NCBI GenBank assembly: GCA_051294905.1
Contig: CM119375.1
Location: 16,306,001-16,370,000, forward strand
From: Botryllus schlosseri
Lineage: Eukaryota
DNA: 64,000 nucleotides
Reading direction: 5' to 3'
The translations under genes and the position numbers were made by a program. Positions 1 to 44,163 of the stretch are shown here, in pieces. Below the pieces are notes generated by a model that saw nothing but the letters and a program-made list of their open reading frames with translations, made no database searches and was not told where the DNA came from. Each line of letters begins with the position of its first letter. Position 1 is the first letter of the stretch.

Positions 1-2161
1 TTACTTTCTTCTCTCTCAAGTATTCGATTTCGTCCTGCTTGATTTTTTCGCGCTCCTTGGCTTGGTAATCCACGATGAACTCCGGGTATTTGTTAAATAC
101 AGGATAAGCGACGCCTTTAGGTAGAGGCTTGAATTCCTCCGCCACGGATTGCATTTGATCATTCTCAGGCGTGCAATCCATGAGGTGGTAAGTCTCGCGT
201 ATTATTGCCTTCAGGTCCACAGAGTTTCGGTTGTGGAAGAAAAACTTGATGTCATCACCACTCTCAGTGCGTAAAAGGACTCCACGACAAGTAATGCAAT
301 AGGCGATGACCGCGTAAGTCAAGAACATCGGCTTGTTGGAGAATACATGATCGAAAAACTTGAGCCATTCTGCTCTGGTAAAGACTTCAGTAAAGAGAGT
401 CTGCAGCAAGGGCCAAGCGTAATGCTGAGTGGTAACTTTGAACTTGATGAAGTGATGGAGCAATTTCTTATCTCTGCAACTCAAGACGTTTTCGATCACC
501 CCCAAAATGCCCAGAGGCGGATTCGGGAAGAACTCGAACCAGTGCTGGGACCAGTTCATCAAAAGAGTGACCACCATCTCGAAACACACCAAGTGGTTGT
601 TTTGAAACAGCTTCACAAACGGAAACACAACGCCCGGTAAAGAATCGTGCTCTGCGAAGATGGGGGACCAGTGTGCGAGGGCCGACAATATTTTTTGCAT
701 GGCCCGCTGAAGCCTTCTGCTTTTTAAAGGATACTTCTCAATCAACGAGGTGTATGAAATATGTACTCCCTTTTTCACCAAGGCCGAAAAAGCTTGCGTG
801 TTTTCTGGAAGTTGTAACATGTTCCTCCAAATGAACATCCTATACTGTTCAGGATAGCTTCCGTAGCCTCTGAGCACTTTCAACAGACGTACTTTCGACA
901 GTCCATTTGGTAGCGCATCTTTTGACTCAGATAAATCTTCTGTCAAGTACTTCTTATACATCCGGCCCGTAGAAAGACTAGCATTCGCTGGCCGTTTGGA
1001 CAGATTCATGGAACCACTCTTTTCATTCACAGTAGTGTTGTCACCACATTCTGTTCTTTCAGTCGCATTTGATAGCTTGCTTTTCCAAATGTCACCAACA
1101 ACTTTCACCAGAGGCCCAGGCGGCTTGTTAAAATCAGCACACAATGCTGAGACATTGTAGAAAACAAGAGACCCACCAACAGTGATGCAGACGATATAAT
1201 GACCGTTGGGGTCTACTACAAAGCTGGAAATTTTATCGTCATTCCACGGAGATAAAATCTCCCACATCAGGCGACAGGTATTAATATCAATGAATTGAGT
1301 ATAGCCATCTTGAGACAGTACGCCCAGTATTTTGTTGGCACCGTTGTCAAAATTCTCAGGTAAAAATGAGATATCTTTTACCGCCGAGACATATTCAGGC
1401 ATCTGCACTATGCGTATGAGTCTCAGTGTTTCGAGAGAGTACACATGTAGAATGCTACATTTTCCAGCCGCTACTAATGTTTTTCCATTTTTAGCTATTG
1501 CGAAACTCTTGTAGTCAATAGGATCTGCTTGCGTGCATTTCAGTTGGTATCTCCACTCCAGCGTATCAGCATCCCAAGCGAAAATTGTATTGTCCTTGAA
1601 GCAAGTCATTATCAAATTTGTTGAAGGTATAAAAAAGACTTTTCGAATGCCGACTGACATCATCACATTCAATTTTCTTTTCCTTTCAAACGTCTCAACA
1701 TCCCATAACTGGGCTGTATCTTGAGATGTAGTTATGGCGGTGTTACCAGCATCATTCAATGAGATTGTATGAACAGCAGTCTCATGGCCGCGCATCCAAC
1801 TAATGAGCTCCTTTGACTCGGAAGAATAACATTTCAGTGATGTATCAGCCAAGGCTATAATGTATTCTGAGCTTGTCTGCAGGCCCGTGGCAATGCAAGT
1901 ACAAGCTTGACCAGTGTTCTGTATCACAGAAAATCGATTTTCGACTATATCAAATACATACACCGATCCCAAATGATCCCCAGCGATGAGTTTAGGGGCA
2001 CCATGAATGAATGATGCTTTCAGAAAGCGGTGTCTTTTCCCTGACTTGATTCCATTGCCCGTATTGCAAATTGTGCATATTATTCCTTCGTTAGCGGACG
2101 GATTTGGCTTACGAGACCATATCCGACCGCTACTTTTTCCAGTGAGATCCAGAGTAATCAT
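1..2161 (-). CDS. TBC1D31: TBC1 domain family member 31 (WDR67), N-terminal 720 codons; continues beyond the left window edge
   Basis: Hand translation from ATG at 2161 is open to position 2: MITLDLTGKSSGRIWSRKPNP...LIAGDHLGSVYVFD...ELISWMRGHE (WD40 region), then GYGSYPEQYRMFIWRNMLQLPEN...LSALAHWSPIF...WFEFFPNPP...YAWPLLQTLFTEV...YPEFIVDYQAKERE (TBC-like domain and coiled coil), closely matching TBC1D31 as I recall it. Missing from the ORF track because the stop lies outside the window. Confidence 0.96.
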   Translation of the reverse strand, partial: MITLDLTGKSSGRIWSRKPNPSANEGIICTICNTGNGIKSGKRHRFLKASFIHGAPKLIAGDHLGSVYVFDIVENRFSVIQNTGQACTCIATGLQTSSEYIIALADTSLKCYSSESKELISWMRGHETAVHTISLNDAGNTAITTSQDTAQLWDVETFERKRKLNVMMSVGIRKVFFIPSTNLIMTCFKDNTIFAWDADTLEWRYQLKCTQADPIDYKSFAIAKNGKTLVAAGKCSILHVYSLETLRLIRIVQMPEYVSAVKDISFLPENFDNGANKILGVLSQDGYTQFIDINTCRLMWEILSPWNDDKISSFVVDPNGHYIVCITVGGSLVFYNVSALCADFNKPPGPLVKVVGDIWKSKLSNATERTECGDNTTVNEKSGSMNLSKRPANASLSTGRMYKKYLTEDLSESKDALPNGLSKVRLLKVLRGYGSYPEQYRMFIWRNMLQLPENTQAFSALVKKGVHISYTSLIEKYPLKSRRLQRAMQKILSALAHWSPIFAEHDSLPGVVFPFVKLFQNNHLVCFEMVVTLLMNWSQHWFEFFPNPPLGILGVIENVLSCRDKKLLHHFIKFKVTTQHYAWPLLQTLFTEVFTRAEWLKFFDHVFSNKPMFLTYAVIAYCITCRGVLLRTESGDDIKFFFHNRNSVDLKAIIRETYHLMDCTPENDQMQSVAEEFKPLPKGVAYPVFNKYPEFIVDYQAKEREKIKQDEIEYLREKKV

Positions 2162-2511
2162 CGATGCCGCTGATCCAGTACAATCCTAGTTCAATACGGT
2201 ACTGCAAGTCAGATAAGAAATTGATTATCGGCATTATTTAGATAAGCTGAAATAGCCAAATTCGCCTAACATAAAAGGAACCCCTGATGATACTTGCAGC
2301 AATAAGATGCTACCCGTTAACATCTCACGGATCAATCTGCACCACCGAATGATACAGGCAACAGTACGAATGTTTTTACTTTCCACTCCGTTGATCATTT
2401 TGAATCGGCCGGGTAACGGATTCTACCTTCGTCATCTAACAGCTGTATTTCTTCCACTATTTCGCACGCTGAATGACGCTAGAGACTCAATGTTTTCGCC
2501 CGAAGCGGCAA

Positions 2512-2907
2512 TTATTTGAACAAGCAAATAGCAATAGCAAGAATCATTGCTGAAGCGAGTTGGTAGTCTGTTGTAGCAGCGTAGGTTACTTGAGGCTTTC
2601 GACAGGCTAGTGTAGGGTCAATAGTAAATTTTTCACAAGGTGGGACGGAAAAACTAAATCTTCTTGTGTCGTAAAAGTTCCCCACGTAGTGCTTGTTTAT
2701 TAAAGCAGAGGTGTGCAACATGCGGCCAGCAGAGCAAAATTTGTCCCGCAAATTGATGGTTTTAATGTAGCTTGGGCCGTGGCTGTTAAGCTAAGCTCCG
2801 TGGCTGTTAAGCTAAGCTCAAATGGGCTAAGAGGATGGCTAAAATATCTCTAAATATGCATATACTGACCTCACACTTGAATGTTTTGACAACATTCATT
2901 TCAGAAC
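2512..2907 (-). CDS. Candidate last two exons (about 2907-2870 and about 2796-2512) of an unidentified gene with a hydrophobic C-terminus
   Basis: ttcag|GT TCT GAA...TGT GAG|gtcagt joins in phase 0 to cttag|CTT AAC AGC, giving GSEMNVVKTFKCELNSHGPSYIKTINLRDKFC...YQLASAMILAIAICLFK*. The tail resembles a GPI-anchor or TM signal. No family recognised and upstream exons not resolved. Confidence 0.3.
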
Positions 2908-5900
2908 CTGAATTTTTTTCGCCGAGTGACTGGTATTCACGATTGGTATGAGTAATCTTCTAGAGTCATTTTACCATCACCGTTATTAATTCTTGATAGG
3001 ATGGTGACAGCCTACGTTCGGCCTACTATTTCATGGCATTATTACATTACTCCGCTTGTCAGCATGGTTGCACAGATGCGGCCCTTATGTTAAATTATTG
3101 CGGCATCACTAAAATCAATTAGTTTCTGTCCAATGCTCTTCAAGGCAAGAGGTGATGTTCTTGAATTTTGTCCCTGTGACTGCTCCTGAATCAATGAGCT
3201 AACAGGAGATTGTGGCAGGCACCTGGTAATAGGTTTTGACCGTTTCACATTCTATGGTGACTGGATAATGTAACATGTCTTTTTTAGTTGATTGTTTGGA
3301 TACATTGTGGCATGATTGATAGTTCATTCTTGATGATTTTCAATGTTTTCATTTTGTATTGCTTGAAGGATTTTTCCTGCGTGGCTGTTTGGAATTTCTG
3401 CACTCTGTAACAGCATTCTTGTTCCAGTTGTAGAGATAATCTGTATTAATGTTATAAATAACATAAGTACTCAATTGTTATTACTCTGTTTGTGTCCCTA
3501 CATGTGGTTGGATGGATGGTTATTATTTGAAGTAGGCTACAGAACGTGGGACAGAAAACACAGAAATAAGTCGTTTTCTGTTTTAATCAGTCTGGAAGGA
3601 AGTAGGCCTACATGAAAATTGTACTTGAAGTATTATTTATCAGTAATTAGCTTGGGAAGTTTTTAAATCATCGCTAACCCTCATCTTGTAATGCATGGAA
3701 AGTAGAACTAGCCCATGCCTTGGTGTCGATTATGGTTGGTTTAAATTGCCGTGTGTATTTTTCACTAGGCACGTCATGAGATTTGTGCAACTTTCCGGAT
3801 ACGATAGCTCATTTCCTGGTGAACGAATAATAGATATATTTAGAATTCAGTAAGATTTATGAATGCACTGTGTAATTGATCTTCATTTCTTGTGTTACCA
3901 TTTCCTTTTCTGCTATCAAGCAAGTTTTTCTATTCATTCAAATACTAATTTCCGGTTAGTTTTGGAGCTGTACTATGGATCTTTGCTAGAACCAACCTGT
4001 TTCAACTATTGTCCCAATGTTTGTGTGAACCGAGATGCATCTGAAACCTCTACACATTTTAACGTGTTGCCTATGACTTGTAGGCTACTTGGTAGTATCA
4101 TTTGACCACATGCTCTTGCTCTCAACTGTCTAATTAGACCTAAATTATTAACAAACAATGAATATGAAATTATGAATTTGGTTAGTATGTCCGGCCCAAT
4201 AAAAATAGCAGCTACATCCATTCCCATCAGATAGGTACCGTACCGAATTTACTGACACTAGTATAATTTATCGTCATATTATATCATTATTATAGTGATA
4301 TGATCACCCTGCAACCTGCAATGTAGTAGCCAACAGTTTCAAGGCAACTTCTATGGCATTCATTCTGTCCCGTGCAGAGGTTTACCCAGCGGAGACAATC
4401 AACTTGTATCACTCAACAACAATCCGACTGTTTTCATTATTTAGCTTGCTTGATGCACATTTGCAATATAGGCTAGGTATTGTTGTGAAATTCAAAAGTC
4501 AGTTCCAATAGAAAGCAGATCAGGCTATCAAGTTGAAGGCATCTAAAATATTATTTCTCTGATAATCGTATTACTGTATGGTCCTAATTATTTGATACAA
4601 AATGTGAGACTCTAGCATTGTTGTGTAGTAGGAAACACTGATACAATATCTTGCAATACTCTAATATTAGGCCTACTACATAAATGACCAGCCTATTCTC
4701 CTAAGAACAATGTTCAAGGCTGGCATCAGCAACTTTATTGGTTTGTGTTACAGTACCTCCTTAAATATGTTCTATTGTTCTCTCCCTCTTGTTGACATGA
4801 TTATGATAATGTGTATGCTGTATAGTAATGTGGCTCCCCAGATCTATTTTATGAAACATATTATAATCGTCAGTTGGTTTTTGCTGAGTCTGCTAGTATA
4901 AGGGAATATCCTGGTTCCACATCCAGAAATTATGCTAGAAGCTGCGAATTCACAATTTTAAAGGAATAGATGTAATAAAGTACATGTCCTTGCTTTGCTG
5001 TTATGAACTAATTTTCCTTGTTTGGGTGTATTGTATGGAAACTACTTGCATACATCACTGGGATGCTATCTGAGATTAGACATATATTACAAAGACACTA
5101 ATGGCTTTCGAAAGATGACGTCCTGATAAATGCATCGGTTACTGTTATTGTATATTATTTACAGGTCGTGAAATTTTTCTCTTGTTTTCTGGTACAAATG
5201 GCATGTTTCATATGAAAATTCATGCTGCGTATGAAAATTTCAAAATATTTGCATCGCAATGTGGTCATTTTTGTCTACTTTTTCCAATTGAGTTACCGTA
5301 CTCTTGTATGAAGCTATATCTCTTTGTCCCAGTAAACAGTACTACATTTGAGTGTCATTTTTACACCAATTTGGATTTTCCAAAGCCTCTTACGTTTACC
5401 TAGGATTTATAGACCTCTCAAGGCAATGTGAAATTTGGTTCATATATGGCTATAATTGGAACAGATCCATTTGATATGCACCATTTGCGTAACTTGTAGG
5501 TTGATTGGTATGTATTATAAATGAGAGCTTGTAGTCCTGTGAGTTATCTGAGTGATAGAATATCTACACATTCAATATGTAAGTACAGTAGATAGTTTCA
5601 ACTTTCTGTGTGACATGCTTTTAGAATTATTGACCCACAGGCTCAACTCTAATGCCATCTTTTCTTTGAGGGCACACATGTTGTTTATTTAAGCATCTGT
5701 GTTCCAAAGGTCTCAAGCTAGTCAATTTATCAAGGAGATGAGGTCAGTAGTAATATATAACCGATGATATGTAAACATAGCCCAGCAGGCCTGTTCCATC
5801 AGTCATGCAGTAGGTATGAAGGAAACCGATGTTTGGAGATTAATCCAAGTGATACAGGGGTACAATTTGTTTACAAGAAAAATCTCCATTAGCGTCTTGA

Positions 5901-8900
5901 ATGTTAAACAAGTCCAGAAGCTCGTGTTTCTACGAACCCGCCTGACCAGGAAATTTCCATACACCAATCAGTGGCAGTTGGATTATTTGCATGTCTCATC
6001 TCAATGGTTTCATTATATGTGATGGCTGTACAAGTACTTATGGAACCGTTTCTCTTATTCTTTGTCATTTTCAATCTCGATGTTACGACACTGTTCAATA
6101 TTACTATTCCACTGTTGGTTTGTGACTGCTGAATGTGAGTATCGATCTGAAGTTGAATGTTTCTTATTGCGACCACTTTGATTTCGAAAAATGCTGTACC
6201 TGCACCACAACACATGTAAAGCTTTCCTGATCTCCTACATTGCCACACATTCCAATCACATTGCTTGCTCAGCATCAGCTAGATTATATCTGATTTGTAA
6301 TCGACATTTAATGTTTCGATCGCACAATAATAATTCAATGATTTCTGCTCGGTTCTACGATCACACAAGATGAAATGAGTTTTACTAAGGATAAAGTGCA
6401 GTCATTTGCTGTTGTGGAGATGTATTTGTGTGAAGGCAGAGCTAACATAGCATATATATCATATCCACATATGAACTCTTAGAGAAGTATTTATATTAAC
6501 TGCTTGTGAAGACTACTATGTCAATTACTCATTGATGGGTGTCATTCTCTTCTCTCTGTGGAATTTTTTATTTGTGTACTTCTCATAATCAGGTGTAGGA
6601 CAGCCGACTTCCTGAGTTTTGTCACTTGATGCTCATTCCAAATAAGCATCCCTTACCTTATCCATAGATATGACGTATTCTCCTAATACACGTTGATTAG
6701 GTATTACAGCGACACTATTCCTGTGTAATGACAGTAATTTCTCGTGTTTGTCAACTGACAAAGAGACATCATCCCGTAAAATGTCTGTGCGACAAGTTAT
6801 TTCGGTGTGCATAATTGTGACTTATTCAAGATGAGTTGGAGGTCCTAATGTGTAGAAAGTATGCCTATTATGCCCACGGCATTGTTGGGATTGGCATTTC
6901 ACTGTGTTGTTGCCATACTCTCCAGTTACGGATTTTGTTTGGATGATGATATTCAAGTCTGCATATTATTACTTATCCTTGTGTTGAACCTGGGCTTCTT
7001 ACTCTGTAAGCTAGGAAACTCTATGGACCTGTGAGGCAGAAATGTGCCGGTGATTTGAGCACGCATAAGTGAATAAGCGAATTCAGGGAAATTCAATGAA
7101 TAGTATATTTTCTTAGTGCGATGGCTTACATTACATTTCAATCTGTGGAATAAGATTAAGACAGTGGTGGGGCACAATGCACAATGTAATTTATATCATG
7201 CTTAGTGCTTACTGACAGACCTAGATGTGTGAAATGATAAGCACTGAAAGTCTTTTATCTGTATGATGTTGTTTACATCAGTTAATTATATGTGATTAGC
7301 ACCACTACAGTAATTGGTTACCATTAATGGGAGACATTTGAGCTCCTCATATTGATGATGCAGTTTGCAATGATTATGTTTTACTAATGACTAATGATGT
7401 TACTGTGTGATTATATTTTCATATTGGTTAGCGAATTCGGTGGATTGCTTGAAGATAATCCCATGGAGTAGAAGCTCTCTCAATCTTTAGTTTTACATAG
7501 GTCTTGGAAGGGCGACAACTTGTGTATTTGAGTAGCCTACCCGTGCACTTTTGTTTGAAGCCATGTAGCCCACCTCTATCTGCATTTTTATCTCATGGGT
7601 GACTTCGTTTGCCCTTTTTACAAGACGCACCAGTTGACGGACGTCGGGTCTCTCTACTACGCGTTGATGAACAATCTATCGCGCCTTTTGTTCTGCCCTC
7701 TTCCTGAACTGGTTGTGCCTAGCTCCTTTGATATGACAGCGACAGGTAATGTCTTAAGATATATTAGCATCAATTAGCTCCCTTCCTTTGTCTGGACATT
7801 ATGACTACCTAGCAGATGCCGAGTACATCAGCATTAACTTGAGACGACACATGGCTTCAATTCCAATTATAAACGGAAGACAATAGGTATGGTGGGCTGT
7901 TGCGTCTTGAATGGGATATTACGTGAGCATTGTCAATGAATTAATCGAGTGAATAGCTACGATCGTAGGCCCTCGCTACTATTTTATGTAATGTTTTGAC
8001 GTGCTTTCGCTTAATTGACATCGCAATGGCATTGTAATAATTTTCGTTGTTTGACAATGGAGCATGTACTACCGTACGTGAACGGGTGTAATATTTGATT
8101 GTCATCTGATTTTTATCAGTATGCTTAGTCAATTGTTATTAGACTTACCTCAACTCGAGAAATAGCCGCAGGGCGGTCTCGAATCGCGCCAACTGCTACT
8201 ATGCCTAATTTAATTTTGGCAATCCTATATCTTAAATTCCAAGAGTAATTTTCGATGAGGTCTTGAGCGCGCTAGAATCCACGTTCTGTAACCACTTTTG
8301 AGATCGATTAGCAACCTGTATCTTTTTACTTGTATTGAATGTACAGTCTGCCACAAATCGGTGTTCTCGATTCAATATCAGTTCTGAGCTACTCGGTTAA
8401 ACCTTCGTGAATCTTAGCTCTTGTCGCAGTAATCGCAGAGAAAATTGTGCGCACGCAACTTAGCCAGCTTATTAAGGTATTTATATGAATTTAGAATCAC
8501 GACAGGCTACGCGTGGGGTGCCGTTTCGCTGCTATTATTGCATATCCCATGCTGTGAACGTTGATATGATACGTTGCGATATCTGTTATATTTTGACTAT
8601 TCATTTAGCCGCGGCGTTGCTACACGCAGAGCTAGCTTACATTGAGAAGATTAAGGCGAAAAGCGGGATTACGATACCCGCAGTGCGCGTGTGCAGGTTC
8701 TTATCTGTAAGCGCCTACCTTACACGTTAAGTTATCATATTTCCGATACTGGTATTGTTTAGTGCTATAGCAGAATGGTTCGTCGCGGCTATCGGTAATG
8801 TTGGGTATCTTTACTGCATCAATCCGCATGTCATTGAGTCCGCGTATACCCGGCGTCGGGTGATTTGCACACTATCTCTGAATCGTGGGAGACTTCAGTC

Positions 8901-11402
8901 GCCCCTTTGACCGCATTTTGAATCGTTAGCCCGGGTTATTATTTGTCACACATGACTTCTCACTGGAAGGCTACACTGGCAGTTACATGATACCGTTTGT
9001 AAGTGCCGCGACCGAATCGGGAAGGTTATTCGAAAATAAGGCGTAAGCTTGTGATTTCGCAGTAACGGCAGAAGTGGATAATAATACATGGCTTTCTCTG
9101 TGCTCGCTAATTTTATATCTGGCGGCAAAATTGCATATCGCTACGCGTATTATTTTTGCCAACCCGACTCTATGGACGCAGCGTTTTCGTCGTGTTTTTG
9201 TGTCATTTCGATAATTTACCGACTCGTTATAATTACTGTTCGTATCGGGAATATCTGCGATAATTATATAACGGTTCGCGAAGAAATGCGGCCGTAACGC
9301 CTTTATGTGGAATTGTGCTTGGAAATTTCTCGCGCTGAATCGATATTGTGGTACTTGTGGTTTTTCGTGCCAGTGTTTACTAGTTGGTTGAAGCCATCCG
9401 GGTGTTAAAAGTGTAATCGAGTGTCTCGTTTATTGTAGAGTGCCTGTGTTACAACATACAAGCGAATCGAGTATGGCGTGTGTGTTGTTCAATTCATTTA
9501 GGAATTTATGACTTTGGCACCTCGGCAACTCAGGGATTTAAACGATTTGATCCGTTTATAAGAATTATATTTCATACGTACTCAAGTCGAGTGAAATACT
9601 CGCCAGACATTACATTACACATTACACACATTACGTCGTCACCGAATCTCATAGTGAAGGGTTCTATTTTGGGTTACTGAAACTGAGTCATCATTCGTTC
9701 ACTCCAGTGACGAATACCGCACTTGGAATTCGCATATTGGGGACTCTGCTCTGAGGCGTTGTATCGGGCCGAGAAAACAGTGCGTATTTTCGTACGATGA
9801 ATAATTTATTGAGTAGCGTCAACAATGAGTGTTTTGAGGAATATTCATCTCGGCGTTTGATTACACGGCGGGATTGATACGATTGGATGTCGGCTTAGCG
9901 CATGATGTCTTAATGCCAAGCCTGATTGGAATTCGCCAATGTATGGATTCGTCCGACAGGGATATATCACGTTCTCGAGCTTAATTTTTACGAAAGGACG
10001 ATTATATTAAAGCATAATTTTATTTATTTTCGCTTACAAAATTTCGTGATACAGTAACGCGGCGAGCGGCGGATAAGACTTTGAAATAGACATTAAGCTT
10101 GTGTGTCCTTCATTGCATTGTGCTTATTCGCGTTGCGCTATCAAGAAATGAGCATTTATGCCCTCGATCGCCCACCTGGATACATATAGACATATAGGTA
10201 ATTGGACAAGTTACTAAAACAAACAATCCTGATTAATTTTGGAAAGCGATCAGGGTATCCTTCACCCAAGATAAAATTCGGATTACTTTATCACTGTAAC
10301 AGAACAGTGCTCGCCTGATATCGCTTTATGCAGTGATCTGGTGCTGTGAATAAATGATAAGCGATTAAAAAGCTATCAAGAATTCTGAGAGTCTTCCTCC
10401 GGCGCGCGCTTTGGGTGCCTTGGTACGCGTCTATTAAATGCGAGCGTCTCGTAAACGCGATCAGTTACGGTACCGTGTCCGGCCGTGAGTTTCGTTCTGA
10501 AATGTTTGATGCAATGCCGCAGTACAACACCGACACATTCTGTAACGAAAAGCTAGTGTAAACAAGGATAGACGTTAACAAAGGGATTAGTTAGTATGCT
10601 GTGGTACCGCTTAACTAACACGTTACACTGCTATTGGTAGACTCTGTATGTAACAGGCAGGAAGAATTACCGATACTTAGCGCCGTGTGAAACGAAGTTC
10701 ATCAAACACCCGTTCGAGGGTATTGTATATATGTACGGTTGATCAGCGTACCGTTAGGGATCATTTGCGTGTTTTCTCATGTTGAACCACCGTCCACCCG
10801 AGTAGCCGATCGCGCCGAGACTTATCTTTTCCGATTCAATTTCCGGAAACATTAGAAGACATTAGAAATCGTGACCTTCGAATTCCCCGTAAATTGCAGC
10901 CCAGCCCGAAAAGAATAAGCGACGTGACGTAACTTGATACTGGCGCGAAGCCGCTAATTCGGTCCTGGATAGCGTTAATTTACTGCCGTTTACGGGATTG
11001 ACCAGCTCCGACTCGCACACTCTGCAATCATGTCTCGATATTACAAGTTATTATGAACGATAGATGGTGCTATAGCGCTAATATACTGCCGTGTTATGAC
11101 GCGCGTTTTCCGCGGACCGCGCAAACGAAAATTAGCGCCTGTTTGCAATGCTCCTGTTTCGAGCTCTAATTTCAATGTATACTTGATCCCATTACAGTTG
11201 ATCTTATTCCTACGTTCGCCTGTTCGCTCGCTGTTTGCGCAGCTTACTTTTTACATCGCCCGCCGCGACCTCTCCCAGGCGACTGAGCTAATCTGAACTG
11301 CGTCTCCGGATAATCGCCGTGACTGTGTGCGTGTAGCTTGCTGGAAGAAATTATGCGAATTCGTGATTGCTGACCGGGAGGGAATAGAGTACTGCGGTCG
11401 AA

Positions 11403-41476
<30,074 letters not shown>

Positions 41477-42000
41477 TTGCCAACTGTCTGCGGGTGTGTG
41501 CCTCACAACGCTGTTCTAGATTATTTATTTTTCTATTGCTAATATTCGACGTTCCGTGAGGAGCGATTTTGTGAATCTCGACGAAGCTGTTTTTTTGTAT
41601 TGACCGGTAGAATATTCCTGCGATACCTTTTGGGTACTTGTCGTTTTGCTTTCTCGGTACGCGTTTCCAACTATGGTGTGCTTATTCTTTATTTGTTCCA
41701 TTGTTCTATAAAAAGAGTAAAACTTATTTGCGGGACAAAAGTCATCACTGAATAATCGATTTTTAATGCTTACTGTGCCTGTGAAGGTTAGCTCATTTGA
41801 GGAGTGATGTTGAATTTTAGAAGGCGAGGTTTAATATTATGAGTGCTGTCTCCATCCCCAGCAATTCTACCTGCAGGCAGATAGCGCGAATTTTGCTGCT
41901 CAATTGATAGGAAATTGCAGGCAGTCACATTCGCACGACATACGTAAGTAACATACATAACATCAGGCATGTCCTTGGTTGTTTTGCAGTGGTCCTACGT

Positions 42001-42463
42001 CAGGGTTGTAACCAAGCCACAAGGAACTGAGTCACAATCTCACTTTTATAGATTTGACTCTAGTCATTACCATTTCACCTCCAAGTCAAGTCCATGTCAA
42101 CAAATGAGGGTCGAGTCATAGCGTTTTGACCCGATTCCCGTTAAACCCACTTTTTCAGTTTTGTTTAGTGATATAGAATGGCTCACTTTCGTAATATAGG
42201 CTAGTAATTTTCCTCAGTCTTAACAGTTTCTAGCCCTACTTCCAAGTATCAGTCATGATAGACGAAATACCAATAATATGGTAACTTTACTATACTCCGA
42301 AGTTACATTGAGATGTCTGTATTTGCCGTTCTGGTCTAGAGTCATATGACTTGGTTTGAGTCACGCACAATGACTTGAGTACAAGTCGAGTCAATATAAA
42401 AATTGACTCAAGTCGAGTCACTTTACGCATTTGAAAAAATGACTCGAATCAAGTGAGTCACCT
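42001..42463. mobile_element. hAT MITE family A, copy 2 (one end truncated)
   Basis: Starts CAGGGTTGTAACCAAG and follows copy 1 along its length; second TIR missing. Confidence 0.8.
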
Positions 42464-44163
42464 GTCCTATGGGACTATATAATCTGATACCCCGGATATT
42501 GTAAGATTTTGTGCCAACTATGAGAAAACAATGATAAAGAACCTTGGGCTACTTTTCAAACTTGGTTACATAGTACCAAGTTAATTCTTGCAATATACCT
42601 TACCGTTACCCACAAAATCACCATCGAATTATCAAGTCCAGTGTGCCTTGTGACGCTGGTCATGGTTGAGGGACCGATAATTTGATTACATATTTTCCAA
42701 AATGGAATCAATTTTATTCTCTTATTTGTATTGTTCTGGAATACCGATACCCTAAAAGAACACCTACCTCTGCACATGCTCAATTGCTCAGTCATGCCCG
42801 TTTTGAAATTGAGGGCAATTTCATAGCGCTCTAGACCAGAGTATCACAAATGAGGGGTCGCAAGGAATGTACCATACTAATTTCACACTATATACCACAA
42901 ATCATGCTATCGAAAGTTAACTCCTGAGACTCTCCATACACGCTGAACTAAACAGGATAATAATGTACAAAGAGATCAGATGTTGGCAATGGTCTTTGTT
43001 TCATTTAAAATGGTTATTGTCGTTTGAATATATAGAGATAACTGGTTGCCTGCATTTTGTGTTGAATTTTCAATTCATTAGTTCAGAATGCCACACTTAG
43101 CATCCTTGTAAATTGGCTTGCGAAAATATTGGTAGTGCGGTAGTGAACGTAATATGACAGATGAATAGCAGATTTTTTAAAATGGAGCAATTGTGGTATA
43201 GTAAAGAGGGAGCTAGCGTAGTGGTGACATCCAGCCCTAGATACGCAGGCGGCTCGGGTTCAATTCTGCGTTGATGTTTTATTCGTTGGGCCCAGGTCTG
43301 TGGAATTTCCATGCCTCATTTTTGTTTCTTGTGTGTATCACGCGCTACAGTCAGTCAGCAGTCCAGTACTTGTCCCTGTAAATAAAAATTATTTTTATGA
43401 TTGTGAAATGAATATTCATCACGTCACGGGCTAATTTCTAGCTACAGTGGCAATCAGATCTTTCTAGGCTGAAAGTCATAGTCCAGATTTCGTGACTACA
43501 TTTGTCAAGTGGAGAAACAACTCAACTGGACTCCGGCGTATCTTGCCTATCATCATTTACCACCAAACTTTGAAATTACTTCAGTCACTTTGCAATTCCT
43601 ATGCTTGAGACCGAAAAGTGAATCAGCAGTAATCCCACTTACCATTCATTAAGACGTCAAAAGAGCTTTTATTTTTCGTTCCACGATCACTTCGCATCCA
43701 ACCATCTAATCTTCGATGGAACCGAATTATCACGACTCGCATGTGTATGTATGCACAATTGCCCATACGGCAACCAGGAACTGTTAGGTTAGAGGTGAAA
43801 TATTTCCACACGGCTGACTACGACGATCGCTCAGGAGAAATCCATATTTCCCAGCAGAATTTCATGTTTCGAAGAGTTTCCTTCAAGAATCCTAGAAGTT
43901 TATATTGAATCGTGTTGTCGAAGATTCCCAATTACAAATCTAAGATGCACTATAATATCACTCGTATCTCTAGAAAGAAATAGGTAAGAACAAAAATTGT
44001 ACCTGTACTTGTACTTGTAAGTATAGGAAGGGCAACACACAGATAACGCCACTGATTTGCAGGTGTAAAATGAAAGTTCACCGGTATTGCATCTCGAATC
44101 GAAGGCAAATGACAGATATTACTAGGCAAGTATTGGACTGTAACAACCACAGTGTAGTAAAAA

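Noticed and set aside
347-2189. Short plus-strand ORFs in the track (347-640, 1332-1514, 1533-1724, 2007-2189)
   Set aside because: Antisense shadows of the TBC1D31 frame.
3000-8320. Protein-like minus-strand fragments (for example IVHQRVVERPDVRQLVRLVKRANE at about 7575-7675 and NSVAVIPNQRVLGEYVISMDK at about 6657-6720)
   Set aside because: Some have plausible splice sites, but I could not join them in consistent phase or recognise a family; left as unresolved rather than called.
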